From IMG/VR virus record IMGVR_UViG_3300017655_000275: DNA of 64,000 nt; one strand, 5' to 3'. The DNA comes from a virus (lineage: Duplodnaviria > Heunggongvirae > Uroviricota > Caudoviricetes). The position numbers were made by a program, and so were the translations under genes. The notes below the pieces were generated by a model. The model worked only from the letters and a program-made list of their open reading frames with translations, was not told the DNA's origin and did no database searches. Shown here in pieces: positions 54,395-63,562 of this stretch; within the stretch, counting starts at the first letter, position 1, and every line of letters begins with the position of its first letter.

Positions 54395-54778
54395 ATGAAA
54401 ATCCTTGAGCGGATATCGTTCTTTTTCGGTAAAAGAAACAAAGAAAAAGAGCAGTCGGAAAAAACTCCAAAAACTCAAAACCGACTTCCTGGAAGGTCGA
54501 GCTCTGGCCGGAACACGGATACGTCAGGTAATCTCGCCATCCACCAGACATTCCTCAACCTGACCGATCCTGGTCATGATGGGGCCAGAAAATCTGGCAA
54601 TCGACACGATCGGGTAGAGGATCAAGCCGCCGATCGGACCGATGGTGGCATTCAGGATTCCGGCCGGGAGAGTGGTGCCAACTGGTCGGGGAGTTACAGC
54701 AGTTCCTCGAGTTACGACAGCTCCTCAAGTTCCTCGAGTTACGACTCGTCGAGCTCTGGAAGCGATAGCTCCTATTGA
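54395..54778 (+). CDS. hypothetical protein with a Ser/Tyr-rich low-complexity C-terminus
   Basis: AGGGAAGG SD. The C-terminus (SSSSSYDSSSSSSSYDSSSSGSDSSY) is encoded by a short tandem DNA repeat (agttcctcgagttacgac x2). Confidence 0.4.
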   Translation: MKILERISFFFGKRNKEKEQSEKTPKTQNRLPGRSSSGRNTDTSGNLAIHQTFLNLTDPGHDGARKSGNRHDRVEDQAADRTDGGIQDSGRESGANWSGSYSSSSSYDSSSSSSSYDSSSSGSDSSY

Positions 54779-54785
54779 GGCCGGG

Positions 54786-55916
54786 ATGAGGGAAACAGAA
54801 AAGGCTGCCTGGAGCAGATTTACCCAGGATATTCCTGCTGACCTTCACGATGACATCCAGAAGTCGATGTTCGAGCTCGCCCATTATGGCGGATCGCATC
54901 CCTATGTGACCATCACCGACGTCGTCCATCATGACGTGCTGAACCTCAGCGCAGAAGGGATCGTGACAATCGGCGATCGCGAATTCTCCTTTACGATCAG
55001 ATCCGGAAACAATAACGGCTCCGAGCTTCTTGACTGGGATACTGGTAAAGGTATCGATCGAACACCCCCGGTCGTCGAAGTGATCGCACCTGTCTATTCG
55101 CGTATTGCTGAGATCCGGAGTGCGGCAGATGCTGCCGCACTCCTCAGCGAGTGGGACGATGCGCTCGACCCCGCGACGGAGATCGGGAAGAACCTGTCGG
55201 GACTGGCTGGCAAACGTGCCTACGACCGGCATTTCGCTCCAGGCACGGGAACCTCGCGCCATTGGGACCGGAAGGCGGGCGAAAGAGGCTATGAGATCGT
55301 CGAGGAGGATGTTGCCATAGACAGGCGCAAAACCCTCCTGGGGGCTGTTCTCACGGTGCGCCCAACCTACGCAAAGTTGCTGAAGGGGAAGGGTGCCTGC
55401 GCTACTCTCCGGGCCTGGACAAGCCTGCAAACGACACCTGGAGATCTTTCCGAGCGCCTGAACGGCCATCTCGCCGCGGTTATCGACCGACTGTCGCAAG
55501 GCAGGGGAACATGTGTCCTCTATGAGGAGCAGAAGGTCGTCTGGAAAGACGGCTATGAGATCTGCGACGGAATCCAGGCACGAGCCACGAAAGAGCACCT
55601 CGTGATGCGGAGTCTGCGACTGGAACCCATCCCCGGTTTCGACAGGAAAGACCTTCCCGAGAGCATGATTTCCTCCTTCATCAGAGGATTTCCCCATTTC
55701 AGAGAAGATTTCCCGGAACCAATCAGGGTTGATCCACTTCGGGAAGGGGCAAGACTTGTGCTTGAACTGGCGTCCGTTGTCTCCAGGCGGGAAGGGCTCG
55801 ACATACCGCAATCCTTCCGCGATAAGGCCGCGGAAATCGGTTTTACGATCGGATGGATCGACGACATGGCAGCATTGACGCCTGAACTGCAGGATGCGGA
55901 TCTGCCATGCCCGTGA
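54786..55916 (+). CDS. hypothetical protein
   Basis: Start MRETEKA with a GAGG SD. 376 aa. Confidence 0.45.
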   Translation: MRETEKAAWSRFTQDIPADLHDDIQKSMFELAHYGGSHPYVTITDVVHHDVLNLSAEGIVTIGDREFSFTIRSGNNNGSELLDWDTGKGIDRTPPVVEVIAPVYSRIAEIRSAADAAALLSEWDDALDPATEIGKNLSGLAGKRAYDRHFAPGTGTSRHWDRKAGERGYEIVEEDVAIDRRKTLLGAVLTVRPTYAKLLKGKGACATLRAWTSLQTTPGDLSERLNGHLAAVIDRLSQGRGTCVLYEEQKVVWKDGYEICDGIQARATKEHLVMRSLRLEPIPGFDRKDLPESMISSFIRGFPHFREDFPEPIRVDPLREGARLVLELASVVSRREGLDIPQSFRDKAAEIGFTIGWIDDMAALTPELQDADLPCP

Positions 55917-56311
55917 AACACGGGGAAGGCCAAGAGTGGAAACAGGGTTTCGAGCTCGTTTGTGCAAAAGCCGCCGAGAAGCGGGTCACTGTCTCCGGCC
56001 GATGCCTGCTCTCGGGATCCGGCCGCAGGACGTTGATCCTTCAAACCGTCTTCGTGCCGCCAGAGGACAGGGGTTGGGGCATCGGAAGCGGGATCATCCG
56101 GGGTATCCTTGCCTGGGCCGACCAGGCTGGAACGACAGTCAGGCTGACGCCGGACGCGACATTCGCGGGGATGAGCCTGCCGCGCCTGGAGCGTTTCTGG
56201 AGAAGCTTCGGCTTCGTGCCGAACCAGGGTGCCAACGGGGATCCGGTCTTCGCACAGAGCCTGGTTCGGGCGCCTTTGGCAGAAGAAGATCTGGCCGCCC
56301 TTCCGAAGTAA
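55907..56311 (+). CDS. GNAT-family acetyltransferase
   Basis: EDRGWGIGSGIIRGILAWA (motif A). 10-nt overlap with the upstream gene. Confidence 0.45.
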   Translation: MPVKHGEGQEWKQGFELVCAKAAEKRVTVSGRCLLSGSGRRTLILQTVFVPPEDRGWGIGSGIIRGILAWADQAGTTVRLTPDATFAGMSLPRLERFWRSFGFVPNQGANGDPVFAQSLVRAPLAEEDLAALPK

Positions 56312-56375
56312 AGGCGGTGGAAGAGGCTGCTCTCGCTACGGTCGAGAGCCGGGCGGCTGGGACGGGATCGCAGTC

Positions 56376-56834
56376 CTAAAGACCCAATGCCGCCCTGGCC
56401 AATGCGCGCGGATCGTTATGGCCGCCGGCGATCGCCTCCAGGGCGCGTCTCAATTGATCATCGTGCTGAATCGCTGCCTTTCTCGGAGTTCGGGTTCGGG
56501 GAAGGTAATTCGCCGGCGGTAGGACCGTTCCAGCGACATACCTCGCGATCGAACCATCGCCATCGGGCACCCATTGCAGCGAAACCGGAAACAGCGGTGG
56601 GGTGATCCGTTCCCAATAGTCCGCCGCGCAGGCCGGTTCAAAACCGCTAGGGCCACCACAGGCTGGAGATTTCCGACCGATACGCGAGCCGTCGCGGTCA
56701 TAGAGGACCAGATCCAGGAGAACCGCCTCATCGGAACCCGGATCCCGGTAGACGTCTTTCACCTTCCCGACATTTCTGTGATCGCCACGGGATGCGACCC
56801 AGTCGCCAGGCTTGAAAGGAAACGGCTTCTGCAT
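56376..56834 (-). CDS. hypothetical protein
   Basis: Start MQKPFPF with an AGGAG SD. The track start is TTG. Confidence 0.4.
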   Translation of the reverse strand: MQKPFPFKPGDWVASRGDHRNVGKVKDVYRDPGSDEAVLLDLVLYDRDGSRIGRKSPACGGPSGFEPACAADYWERITPPLFPVSLQWVPDGDGSIARYVAGTVLPPANYLPRTRTPRKAAIQHDDQLRRALEAIAGGHNDPRALARAALGL

Positions 56835-56863
56835 GGCATGATCTCCTGGGTCCGATGAGAATT

Positions 56864-57274
56864 TCAATGAGCGTCTGGAAGAGAGTTGAACTCGTTCTTC
56901 ACCTTTTCGACTTCTTTCTTCCGCGTTTTCTCGTTTTCAGAATTCGTCGAAGATCCGGAAGAGATGATCACCGCCGGGCGATTTTCCTTCTCCATGCGTT
57001 TAGCGTTCTGTTCCACGATCGCAGAGCTGACCGCCGGCGCGGAGATATCGTTCCTGGGCATCCAAACCGATGAGCGGCCAGCGGTCAGCAGCGCCAGGAC
57101 CAGAACGGTCCCGAACAGGAGAAGGCGCCCGACAGGCAGGGCTGCGGCTTGAGATGCGGATTTCCTGGCGTTGTGGTTCCTGAGAGTGCCCGCGATCCCA
57201 GAAACGGCAAACACCGCAATGGACAGACAGGCAATCAGAATGGCCCAGGAAAGAAGGATATACGAAAGTGTCAT
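56864..57274 (-). CDS. membrane protein (two TM helices)
   Basis: Start MTLSYILLSWAILIACL with an AAAGGAAAAG SD. Confidence 0.45.
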   Translation of the reverse strand: MTLSYILLSWAILIACLSIAVFAVSGIAGTLRNHNARKSASQAAALPVGRLLLFGTVLVLALLTAGRSSVWMPRNDISAPAVSSAIVEQNAKRMEKENRPAVIISSGSSTNSENEKTRKKEVEKVKNEFNSLPDAH

Positions 57275-57327
57275 GGCTTTTCCTTTATTTTGATTGAGCA
57301 AAGGGGCGGATAACCGCCCCGATCCCA

Positions 57328-58269
57328 TCATTGGCGCGCGGCTTCCCGCGCTTTGCGCTGATCCTCGAAGGCCTTGCCAAGGCCGCCGATCATCACCGAA
57401 GGGTTGTTCAGGGCCTCGGTGGGCAGGAAGACGATCTGGTTGTCGGATTTCGCCAGCTCTTCGAGGATCCGAAGACCGCGCTGAGCGACGAAGGCATCGG
57501 AGAAGCCCTCCTTCAGCTTCTGTTCGACCAGGACCTGGGTTTCAGCCTCTTTCAGGTCGACAGCCTGCTGAAGTTTGGCAACTTCCAGCGCGGCTTCTGC
57601 TTCGCGCAACGACACTTCCTTGTTGGCTTCCGCCTGCAGGATGGCGATCTCTCGCTCCTTGCGCTTCAGCTCAGCTTCGGTCACGACCGAAGGGGGCTGT
57701 GCATCGTTCAGGCCGAAGTTCAGCACCTTGACCGGCCGGCCTTCAAGGGCCTCGACCACCTCCGCGAAAAGCTCGGCACTGATTGAATCACGGTTCTCCA
57801 TGACCGTCGCGATATCATATTTCGCAAGCACGGAGCGTGCTTTTTCACGCACGATCTGCTGGGCGTAGGTCTCGTAGACCGTGGAAGCGCGGATCGCCTT
57901 CACCCTTTCCGTCACCGGCTGGGCCGAAACCCGGCTGAAGATCATCGACAGGTCCTTCTCGGTATCCGAGGTGGCAAAGGTGCCACGGACATCGACCGTC
58001 AGGTTCAGGCGATCCTTCGGCATATAGAGCTCGAAATTCTCGGAGATGCCGTAATCGCTGATCTCCGCGATGATCAGCGAGTCGCACGTCAGGCACATGT
58101 TCGACAGCCGGATCTTCGATGGCGGCAGGACGCCCTCTTTCAGGCCGGCGCTGGTGCTGATCATTCCGCGATGCGCGGTCGGCACCTCGACCGTTTCGCC
58201 GATACAGCCGGCGAGGGAGAGCGCCATGCCCAATGGGACGAGGACGCGCAGAAAACGGCGAAAATTCAT
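57328..58269 (-). CDS. SPFH/Band-7 domain lipoprotein
   Basis: Lipobox LSLAGC. SPFH-like core followed by a coiled-coil region. AAAGGA SD. Confidence 0.6.
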   Translation of the reverse strand: MNFRRFLRVLVPLGMALSLAGCIGETVEVPTAHRGMISTSAGLKEGVLPPSKIRLSNMCLTCDSLIIAEISDYGISENFELYMPKDRLNLTVDVRGTFATSDTEKDLSMIFSRVSAQPVTERVKAIRASTVYETYAQQIVREKARSVLAKYDIATVMENRDSISAELFAEVVEALEGRPVKVLNFGLNDAQPPSVVTEAELKRKEREIAILQAEANKEVSLREAEAALEVAKLQQAVDLKEAETQVLVEQKLKEGFSDAFVAQRGLRILEELAKSDNQIVFLPTEALNNPSVMIGGLGKAFEDQRKAREAARQ

Positions 58270-58304
58270 GGTTCATCCTTTCAAACTCGAGGCTTCTGCC
58301 CTTC

Positions 58305-58353
58305 ATGCGAAAACTATCATCGTGAGGTGTTTGCAACAATAACATTTTCGCAT
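58305..58353. promoter_or_regulatory. inverted pair of the ATGCGAAAA / TTTTCGCAT motif in the divergent intergenic region
   Basis: ATGCGAAAA at 58305-58313 and TTTTCGCAT at 58345-58353, between divergent genes (57328-58269 on the minus strand, 58449-59468 on the plus strand). Confidence 0.35.
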
Positions 58354-58448
58354 GACATGGAATCCCGCTCAGGAAAGGAATTACCGTTGATTTTTCCAGA
58401 GAACCATATCATGTGGTTGCACCTTTCATAGTGCCAGGGATGTCGGGA

Positions 58449-59468
58449 ATGCAGTTTGTAATCAGTTCGGACCTCGAAGCCGGAAGCAGTCCACAGATCA
58501 AGCGGATCTTGTCTGGGAAGGACGTACGGATCGCTTCGGCATTCCTTGGCAGCGGAGCGGAAGACGCTGTCCAGGCAGGGTCCAGGCTGATTTGCGATAT
58601 CGGCATGGGCGGCACAAACCCCCACGCATTGAAGGCGCTTTCCGAAAAGCTCGGCGAAAACCTGAGATGGCTGCCCGACTTCCATGCGAAGGTATATCTC
58701 TCGGACGAGGGCTGCGTTGTTGGCTCGGCCAATCTTTCAAGCCGCGGAGTTGGCTTTCTTTCGCCCGCCAGGCTGATCGAAGCTTCAGTGCTCATGGACG
58801 GGAATGAGGAGGCTGCCCGGACCGCGGCCGATTGGTTTGAAACCAACTGGAAGGAGGCTTCCATCGTCGGCCCAAGGGAAATCGCCTGGGCCCTTGCCAC
58901 CTGGAACTCCGACAAGCGCGGTGCCCCGGTCGGGAAGCGGAAATACGGATCCTTCCTCGAGGCGCTCGAGGACCAAACGGGTGTCGCGCGCGAATGGAAG
59001 TATATCCTTACCAGGGAGCAGTTAAGCCCTGGCTTCGCAAAGGCAGCCGCCGAAAAGGAGAGCGAGATCATCCGCGCGGCAGGATGGCAGCCTGAAGGCA
59101 AGATCGACGTCTATGCCAATCTGAAGGGGGCCGACGACATGGGCGGTTACTATATCGGCCTCCATCGCGGGGGCGGCGGCCGGCTGCACCTGCTCGCGCT
59201 GCGCTTCATCGGCAATATGGACCTGGAGGATATCGATGATGAGGACGACTCCGGCACCGCATCCTATTTCGCCATTCTTCCCTGGTCCGTGACCGGAATG
59301 CCGGCGTTGGGCGATGAGGATAAAAAAGCGAAGGGCGCCCTGAGCGCGGCTATCCGGGATGCCCGGAAGAAGAGGTTCGGTCGTGCGATCAGTGCGAGCA
59401 AATTTGCCGGCGTCCTCCGTCAAGGCCTGACTCTCGCCGAGGACCGACCCTCCTGGGGAAGCGCATGA
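58449..59468 (+). CDS. PLD-family (single HKD motif) nuclease-like protein with a C-terminal domain of unknown function
   Basis: HAKVYLSDEGCVVGSANLS (HxK...D...GSxN). The start is uncertain (track GTG at 58413, ATGs at 58440 and 58449). Confidence 0.5.
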   Translation: MQFVISSDLEAGSSPQIKRILSGKDVRIASAFLGSGAEDAVQAGSRLICDIGMGGTNPHALKALSEKLGENLRWLPDFHAKVYLSDEGCVVGSANLSSRGVGFLSPARLIEASVLMDGNEEAARTAADWFETNWKEASIVGPREIAWALATWNSDKRGAPVGKRKYGSFLEALEDQTGVAREWKYILTREQLSPGFAKAAAEKESEIIRAAGWQPEGKIDVYANLKGADDMGGYYIGLHRGGGGRLHLLALRFIGNMDLEDIDDEDDSGTASYFAILPWSVTGMPALGDEDKKAKGALSAAIRDARKKRFGRAISASKFAGVLRQGLTLAEDRPSWGSA

Positions 59469-59543
59469 AAAAAAGTGGGTCGAAGATATGCCCCCCTCCA
59501 AGCTACGGCATTGGTGGGGGGCATGGGTCTTGATGAAGCACGA

Positions 59544-60020
59544 TCACATGGCGTAAACGAGCCCATCATCATCAAGATCGAGATTGACCGGTCCCCAAGC
59601 CTCGCAGGCGTTGGTGAGGCGCTCGGCCGCTTCTTCGGCTGCGCCGGTGAAACCGCGATCCCAATATCCGACACCTGCGCCGTCGCGGGTGAACAGGAAA
59701 TCGATCCCGGCGTTCTCCATCGTATATCGATCACCAGGCCGCGAGCCTGGCGCGATCAGGATCGCAAGATCTGCGGCATTCTCCTCGCAGAACCTGGCGC
59801 AATCCGTTTTCATTTTCTCAAGGGTTTCCAGTCCAAGATCCGTGAAACCGTGTTCCTTCAGATCCGGCTCACCGTCGCACTCACCCAGCGGCGCCGTGAA
59901 GAAGACAGCGGAAATATATCCTCGCAAAAAGGGAGGAAGGCTCCTGAATTGCTCGGTTGCACTGCCCCCAAGGTAGAACTGGTCTCCCGGAGGACGACGG
60001 GAAGGGTCATCGAAATGCAT
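59544..60020 (-). CDS. hypothetical protein
   Basis: Start moved to MHFDDP to avoid a 110-nt out-of-frame overlap with the SD-supported small gene upstream. Confidence 0.3.
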   Translation of the reverse strand: MHFDDPSRRPPGDQFYLGGSATEQFRSLPPFLRGYISAVFFTAPLGECDGEPDLKEHGFTDLGLETLEKMKTDCARFCEENAADLAILIAPGSRPGDRYTMENAGIDFLFTRDGAGVGYWDRGFTGAAEEAAERLTNACEAWGPVNLDLDDDGLVYAM

Positions 60021-60036
60021 ATCGTTATTCCGTTCC

Positions 60037-60249
60037 TCAGAGGCCTGGGCCGCCATTGCCTGCAACGCCAACCACCTCGGGATCCCTGGCGACCCATTCG
60101 ATGGATTCATCATCATCAGGAAGATAGCTGGAGTTGTCGAAGTCATAGCTCCGCATCATCTCCAATGCTTCTTCTTCGGTATCGGCCTCGACCAGGAACG
60201 TCCTGTCGTAGGTCTCGACGACACGCGCCTTGATTTCGAATTTTGCCAT
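60037..60249 (-). CDS. hypothetical small acidic protein
   Basis: Strong AAGGAG SD 8 nt upstream. Confidence 0.45.
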   Translation of the reverse strand: MAKFEIKARVVETYDRTFLVEADTEEEALEMMRSYDFDNSSYLPDDDESIEWVARDPEVVGVAGNGGPGL

Positions 60250-60259
60250 GGATCACTCC

Positions 60260-60910
60260 TTAAAGCGACAACGGGTCGTTTTCCGGCTCTGATGCGGCCG
60301 CATGAATGGCCTCGATCAGCGCGATTTCGCATTTCAGCGTGTGCTTCAGGTTTTCGTAGACGAGTTCCTGGCTCGGGAAGTTAGCCTTCGCCTTCTTCAG
60401 CATGGGGAAGAAAAAATCATTGGTCTCGTCGATGTATTCCCGCTGTTTCTCCAGACTGAACACGCCGACCATGGACGAATGGTTGTGATGGCGATCGGCA
60501 CCTTTCACCACCGAGGCGATCGGGTCGGCTGCGATTGCCTCGAACACAAGCTCCGGGCGCCGCTTGCGGCCGCGGACGACTTTGGTCAGCGCGTCGACAG
60601 CACTGGCTGTCATTGCCCCGAAACGGTCGCGGATATCGCGATCCGATACGTCAAAATCTTCCCGGACATCATGCAGGAACACCGCAGCGAAGGTTTCCTG
60701 CGGATGCTGAAGGGATGGGCTCAATGTCCTCAGATATTGCGCGATGGAAATCTGATGATCGAATTCAGGAGTGATGCCATCCTTCCGCGTCCCGGTATGA
60801 AACCCGCGCGCATAGTGCATCGCGTCCAGGGCCATGTAGTGACCGCGCCCTGTAAGCCAGCCGATGAGCTGGGTCTTTCTCTTCTCGATCTCGAGCATCT
60901 TTTCATCCAT
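60260..60910 (-). CDS. HD-domain phosphohydrolase, RelA/SpoT-like (p)ppGpp hydrolase fold (small alarmone hydrolase-like)
   Basis: HYARGFHTGTRKDG...HQISIAQYL...AAVFLHDVREDF resembles the SpoT HD region. ATGCGAAAAGGAAAGCTT ATG places the start at MDEKML. Confidence 0.5.
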   Translation of the reverse strand: MDEKMLEIEKRKTQLIGWLTGRGHYMALDAMHYARGFHTGTRKDGITPEFDHQISIAQYLRTLSPSLQHPQETFAAVFLHDVREDFDVSDRDIRDRFGAMTASAVDALTKVVRGRKRRPELVFEAIAADPIASVVKGADRHHNHSSMVGVFSLEKQREYIDETNDFFFPMLKKAKANFPSQELVYENLKHTLKCEIALIEAIHAAASEPENDPLSL

Positions 60911-60932
60911 AAGCTTTCCTTTTCGCATGAAT

Positions 60933-61862
60933 TTACATGGCCGGGACCGGAGCCCTCAGTCCTTCGATAACGGCTTCTGCCGAAGGAAGCCCGGACAATT
61001 CCGGATCCTCAATGTCGATCTGTGCAAGTCCCAACTCGGGAGCAAGGGAATCCAGGACCCTGTAAGGCTCGAAATTCGTGACCTGTCCGGGATATCCCAT
61101 CATGTTCGAGGTGAATGCGATCGGCCCATGCAAGCCGTTCACGATCCCCCGCCTAGCCTGATGGGTATGCCCCGAAATCCAGGCATCCACCTTCAAGCCA
61201 AGAACGTCTTCACGCAGGTCACTGACATAGGCAGGCGCGTAAGGTCCTTTTCCGGCACTCTCGGCCAGAACCTCCGGAACCGGGAGGTGATGGGTCATGA
61301 CAACGGTCGGACCGTCGAAATCCTTGCGCAACGCCTCGACCAACCAGGACCGGTCATGAAGATGCATGGCGCGTGTGTCTTCAGGCTGAAGATAGCGGTC
61401 GCGGACCTCATCCGACACGATGATCTTTCGATAGTCGTTGATGACCACAGATGCCCCGAACATCTGGTCCTGGTGATTGCCGACGATGTCGAAATCGGTC
61501 CACAGAGTGCATGCAAGCAAGCGCGTGCCCGCAATCTCCATGCTTTCCCGATCCAGGACACGAATATCATGGCCCTGTTCGCGGGCGCGCTTGACCGCAT
61601 CGGACATGCGTCCCGGCAATGATGTGAACTCATTGTGGTAGAATTCGTGGTTCCCTCTGATAGAGATCACGGGGACCTTCCAGGCCTCATGGATCTCCAC
61701 CAGCGCATCGACATGGTCGATACCGCAGGCGAGGTCGCCTGCGATCAGGATCCCATCGACCGAGCCTGCAGGGCAATCGAATGTCGGCATGGGGAAGTCG
61801 ACCGGCTGCGAGGCATTGCCGAATTCACGATGCAGGTCCGACCATTGAAGAAAACGCGCCAT
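60933..61862 (-). CDS. calcineurin-like metallophosphoesterase (Icc/phosphodiesterase-like)
   Basis: GDLACG, GNHEFY and GHTHQ motifs. Only the C-terminal 310 aa of the 654-aa track ORF are taken. The rest is antisense to tyrS. Confidence 0.6.
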   Translation of the reverse strand: MARFLQWSDLHREFGNASQPVDFPMPTFDCPAGSVDGILIAGDLACGIDHVDALVEIHEAWKVPVISIRGNHEFYHNEFTSLPGRMSDAVKRAREQGHDIRVLDRESMEIAGTRLLACTLWTDFDIVGNHQDQMFGASVVINDYRKIIVSDEVRDRYLQPEDTRAMHLHDRSWLVEALRKDFDGPTVVMTHHLPVPEVLAESAGKGPYAPAYVSDLREDVLGLKVDAWISGHTHQARRGIVNGLHGPIAFTSNMMGYPGQVTNFEPYRVLDSLAPELGLAQIDIEDPELSGLPSAEAVIEGLRAPVPAM

Positions 61863-61967
61863 GCCGTTGATCCCGGTTGTTCTCTCCCAGTTTAGAATGC
61901 CCTTGCGAAAAAGACACGCCAGAAATAGAATGATAAGCACTTTCTCATAAGGCGAACGGGCAGGGTA

Positions 61968-63209
61968 ATGGCGGCTGAAGTTCGATCTGACTTCCTCCAG
62001 ATCATGCAGGAGCGGGGATTTGTCTCCGCCTGCACCAACATGGCGGCACTCGACCAGATGCTGACCAAAGCGCCTGTCACCGGCTATATCGGCTACGATG
62101 CCACGGCGCCAAGCCTGCATGTCGGGCATCTGGTGAACATCATGATGCTGCGCTGGTTTCAGCACTGCGGTCACAAGCCGATCGTGTTGATGGGCGGCGG
62201 GACCACCCGGATCGGAGATCCGTCGTTCCGATCGAGCGAACGCCCCATGCTGACCCATGAGGAAATCGCTCGCAATATGGAAGGTCTGCTGAGACCATTC
62301 CACCTTCTTCTTGACGATCCCACCAACCCGCCGCTCATCCTGGACAATGCGGATTGGCTGGATGGCCTGAAATTCATCGATTTCCTGCGGGACATCGGTC
62401 GTCATTTCTCGGTCAACCGCATGCTGTCCTTCGATTCCGTCAAGATTCGGCTGGACAGGCTGGAGAGCCTGAGCCTTCTCGAGTTCAACTACATGTGCAT
62501 GCAGGCTTATGACTTCCTGCACCTCGGCAGGGTGCACGGCTGCCGGTTGCAGATGGGAGGATCGGACCAATGGGGAAATATCGTCAACGGGATCGAGCTT
62601 GCACGACGGGCCGACGGGCGTGAGCTTTTCGGTCTGACAACGCCGCTCATCGAAACATCCGATGGAAAGAAGATGGGCAAGTCTTCGGGCAAGGCCATCT
62701 GGCTCAATCCGGACATGCTTTCGGCCTACGAGTTCTGGCAGTTCTGGCGCAACACTCATGATGCGGATGTGGGCCGTTTCCTGAAACTGTTCACGGAGCT
62801 GCCTGTTCCTGAATGCGACAGGCTGGGAGCCCTCCAGGGAGCAGATATCAACGAAGCCAAAAAGGTCCTCGCCGACGAGGTCACAATGCTGATCCATGGT
62901 CCAGACGCGGCACGAGAGGCCTCGGAGACGGCCGGTAATGTCTTCGGGCAGGTCGGCGACGGATCCGGCCTCGACGAGATTATCGTCTCGGCGGATGTGC
63001 TCTCGGAAGCGGTTTCCGCATCCAGGATCGTTGTCCTTACCGGACTGGCCGCTTCAGGCAAGGAAGCAAAACGCCTGATCCAGGATGGCGCTGTGCGCTT
63101 TGACGGATGCCTGGTCGACTTGGCCACGAGAACGGACCCGAACCACATCCAGGACGGGTTGGTCGTCTCGATCGGGAAAAAGAAACACCGGATGCTCCGG
63201 GTTTCTTGA
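61968..63209 (+). CDS. tyrS: tyrosine--tRNA ligase
   Basis: HVGH (HIGH) and KMGKS (KMSKS) motifs. C-terminal S4-like domain. 413 aa. Confidence 0.9.
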   Translation: MAAEVRSDFLQIMQERGFVSACTNMAALDQMLTKAPVTGYIGYDATAPSLHVGHLVNIMMLRWFQHCGHKPIVLMGGGTTRIGDPSFRSSERPMLTHEEIARNMEGLLRPFHLLLDDPTNPPLILDNADWLDGLKFIDFLRDIGRHFSVNRMLSFDSVKIRLDRLESLSLLEFNYMCMQAYDFLHLGRVHGCRLQMGGSDQWGNIVNGIELARRADGRELFGLTTPLIETSDGKKMGKSSGKAIWLNPDMLSAYEFWQFWRNTHDADVGRFLKLFTELPVPECDRLGALQGADINEAKKVLADEVTMLIHGPDAAREASETAGNVFGQVGDGSGLDEIIVSADVLSEAVSASRIVVLTGLAASGKEAKRLIQDGAVRFDGCLVDLATRTDPNHIQDGLVVSIGKKKHRMLRVS

Positions 63210-63230
63210 AAGGAACGGAAAGGAAATACG

Positions 63231-63482
63231 ATGTCTTCATATCCGCGCTCCCTGGAGGGATTCAACCGCGCTTTCGAACAGGCGAAATGGATGGCCAGAA
63301 ACCATCCGGACAAGTCCTACGGTCTTTACGTGGATATCGACAGGCCGGATGAATACGGTCTGTCGCTTGCCTCGCTGATTGCCAAGGAAAAGGTCGCTCC
63401 TGGCACCGCGGCGAACATCATCGACGCGGAAGGGAATATGACCCGCATGTTTGCCGAGGACGACGGGCCTGAACCGGCCTGA
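63231..63482 (+). CDS. hypothetical small protein
   Basis: AAAGGAAAT SD. 83 aa. Confidence 0.4.
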   Translation: MSSYPRSLEGFNRAFEQAKWMARNHPDKSYGLYVDIDRPDEYGLSLASLIAKEKVAPGTAANIIDAEGNMTRMFAEDDGPEPA

Positions 63483-63562
63483 ACCGGTTGTTCATTCATG
63501 AGCATGGAGAAAGCGAAAGCCGGCACATTGTGTCGGCTTCATGATTTCGTCGCCTGATCCGT

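Noticed and set aside
54221-54778. N-terminal 58 codons of the Ser/Tyr-rich protein ORF
   Set aside because: There is no SD at 54221 and it overlaps the upstream gene. An internal ATG at 54395 has an AGGGAAGG SD.
59544-60146. Full-length 200-aa minus-strand ORF
   Set aside because: Its first 42 codons overlap out-of-frame with the 70-aa gene (60037-60249), which has a strong AAGGAG SD. It was shortened to M43.
60933-62897. 654-aa minus-strand ORF overlapping tyrS
   Set aside because: Only the C-terminal 310 aa (metallophosphoesterase motifs, start MARFLQ at 61862) are plausible. The N-terminal 345 aa are antisense to tyrS.
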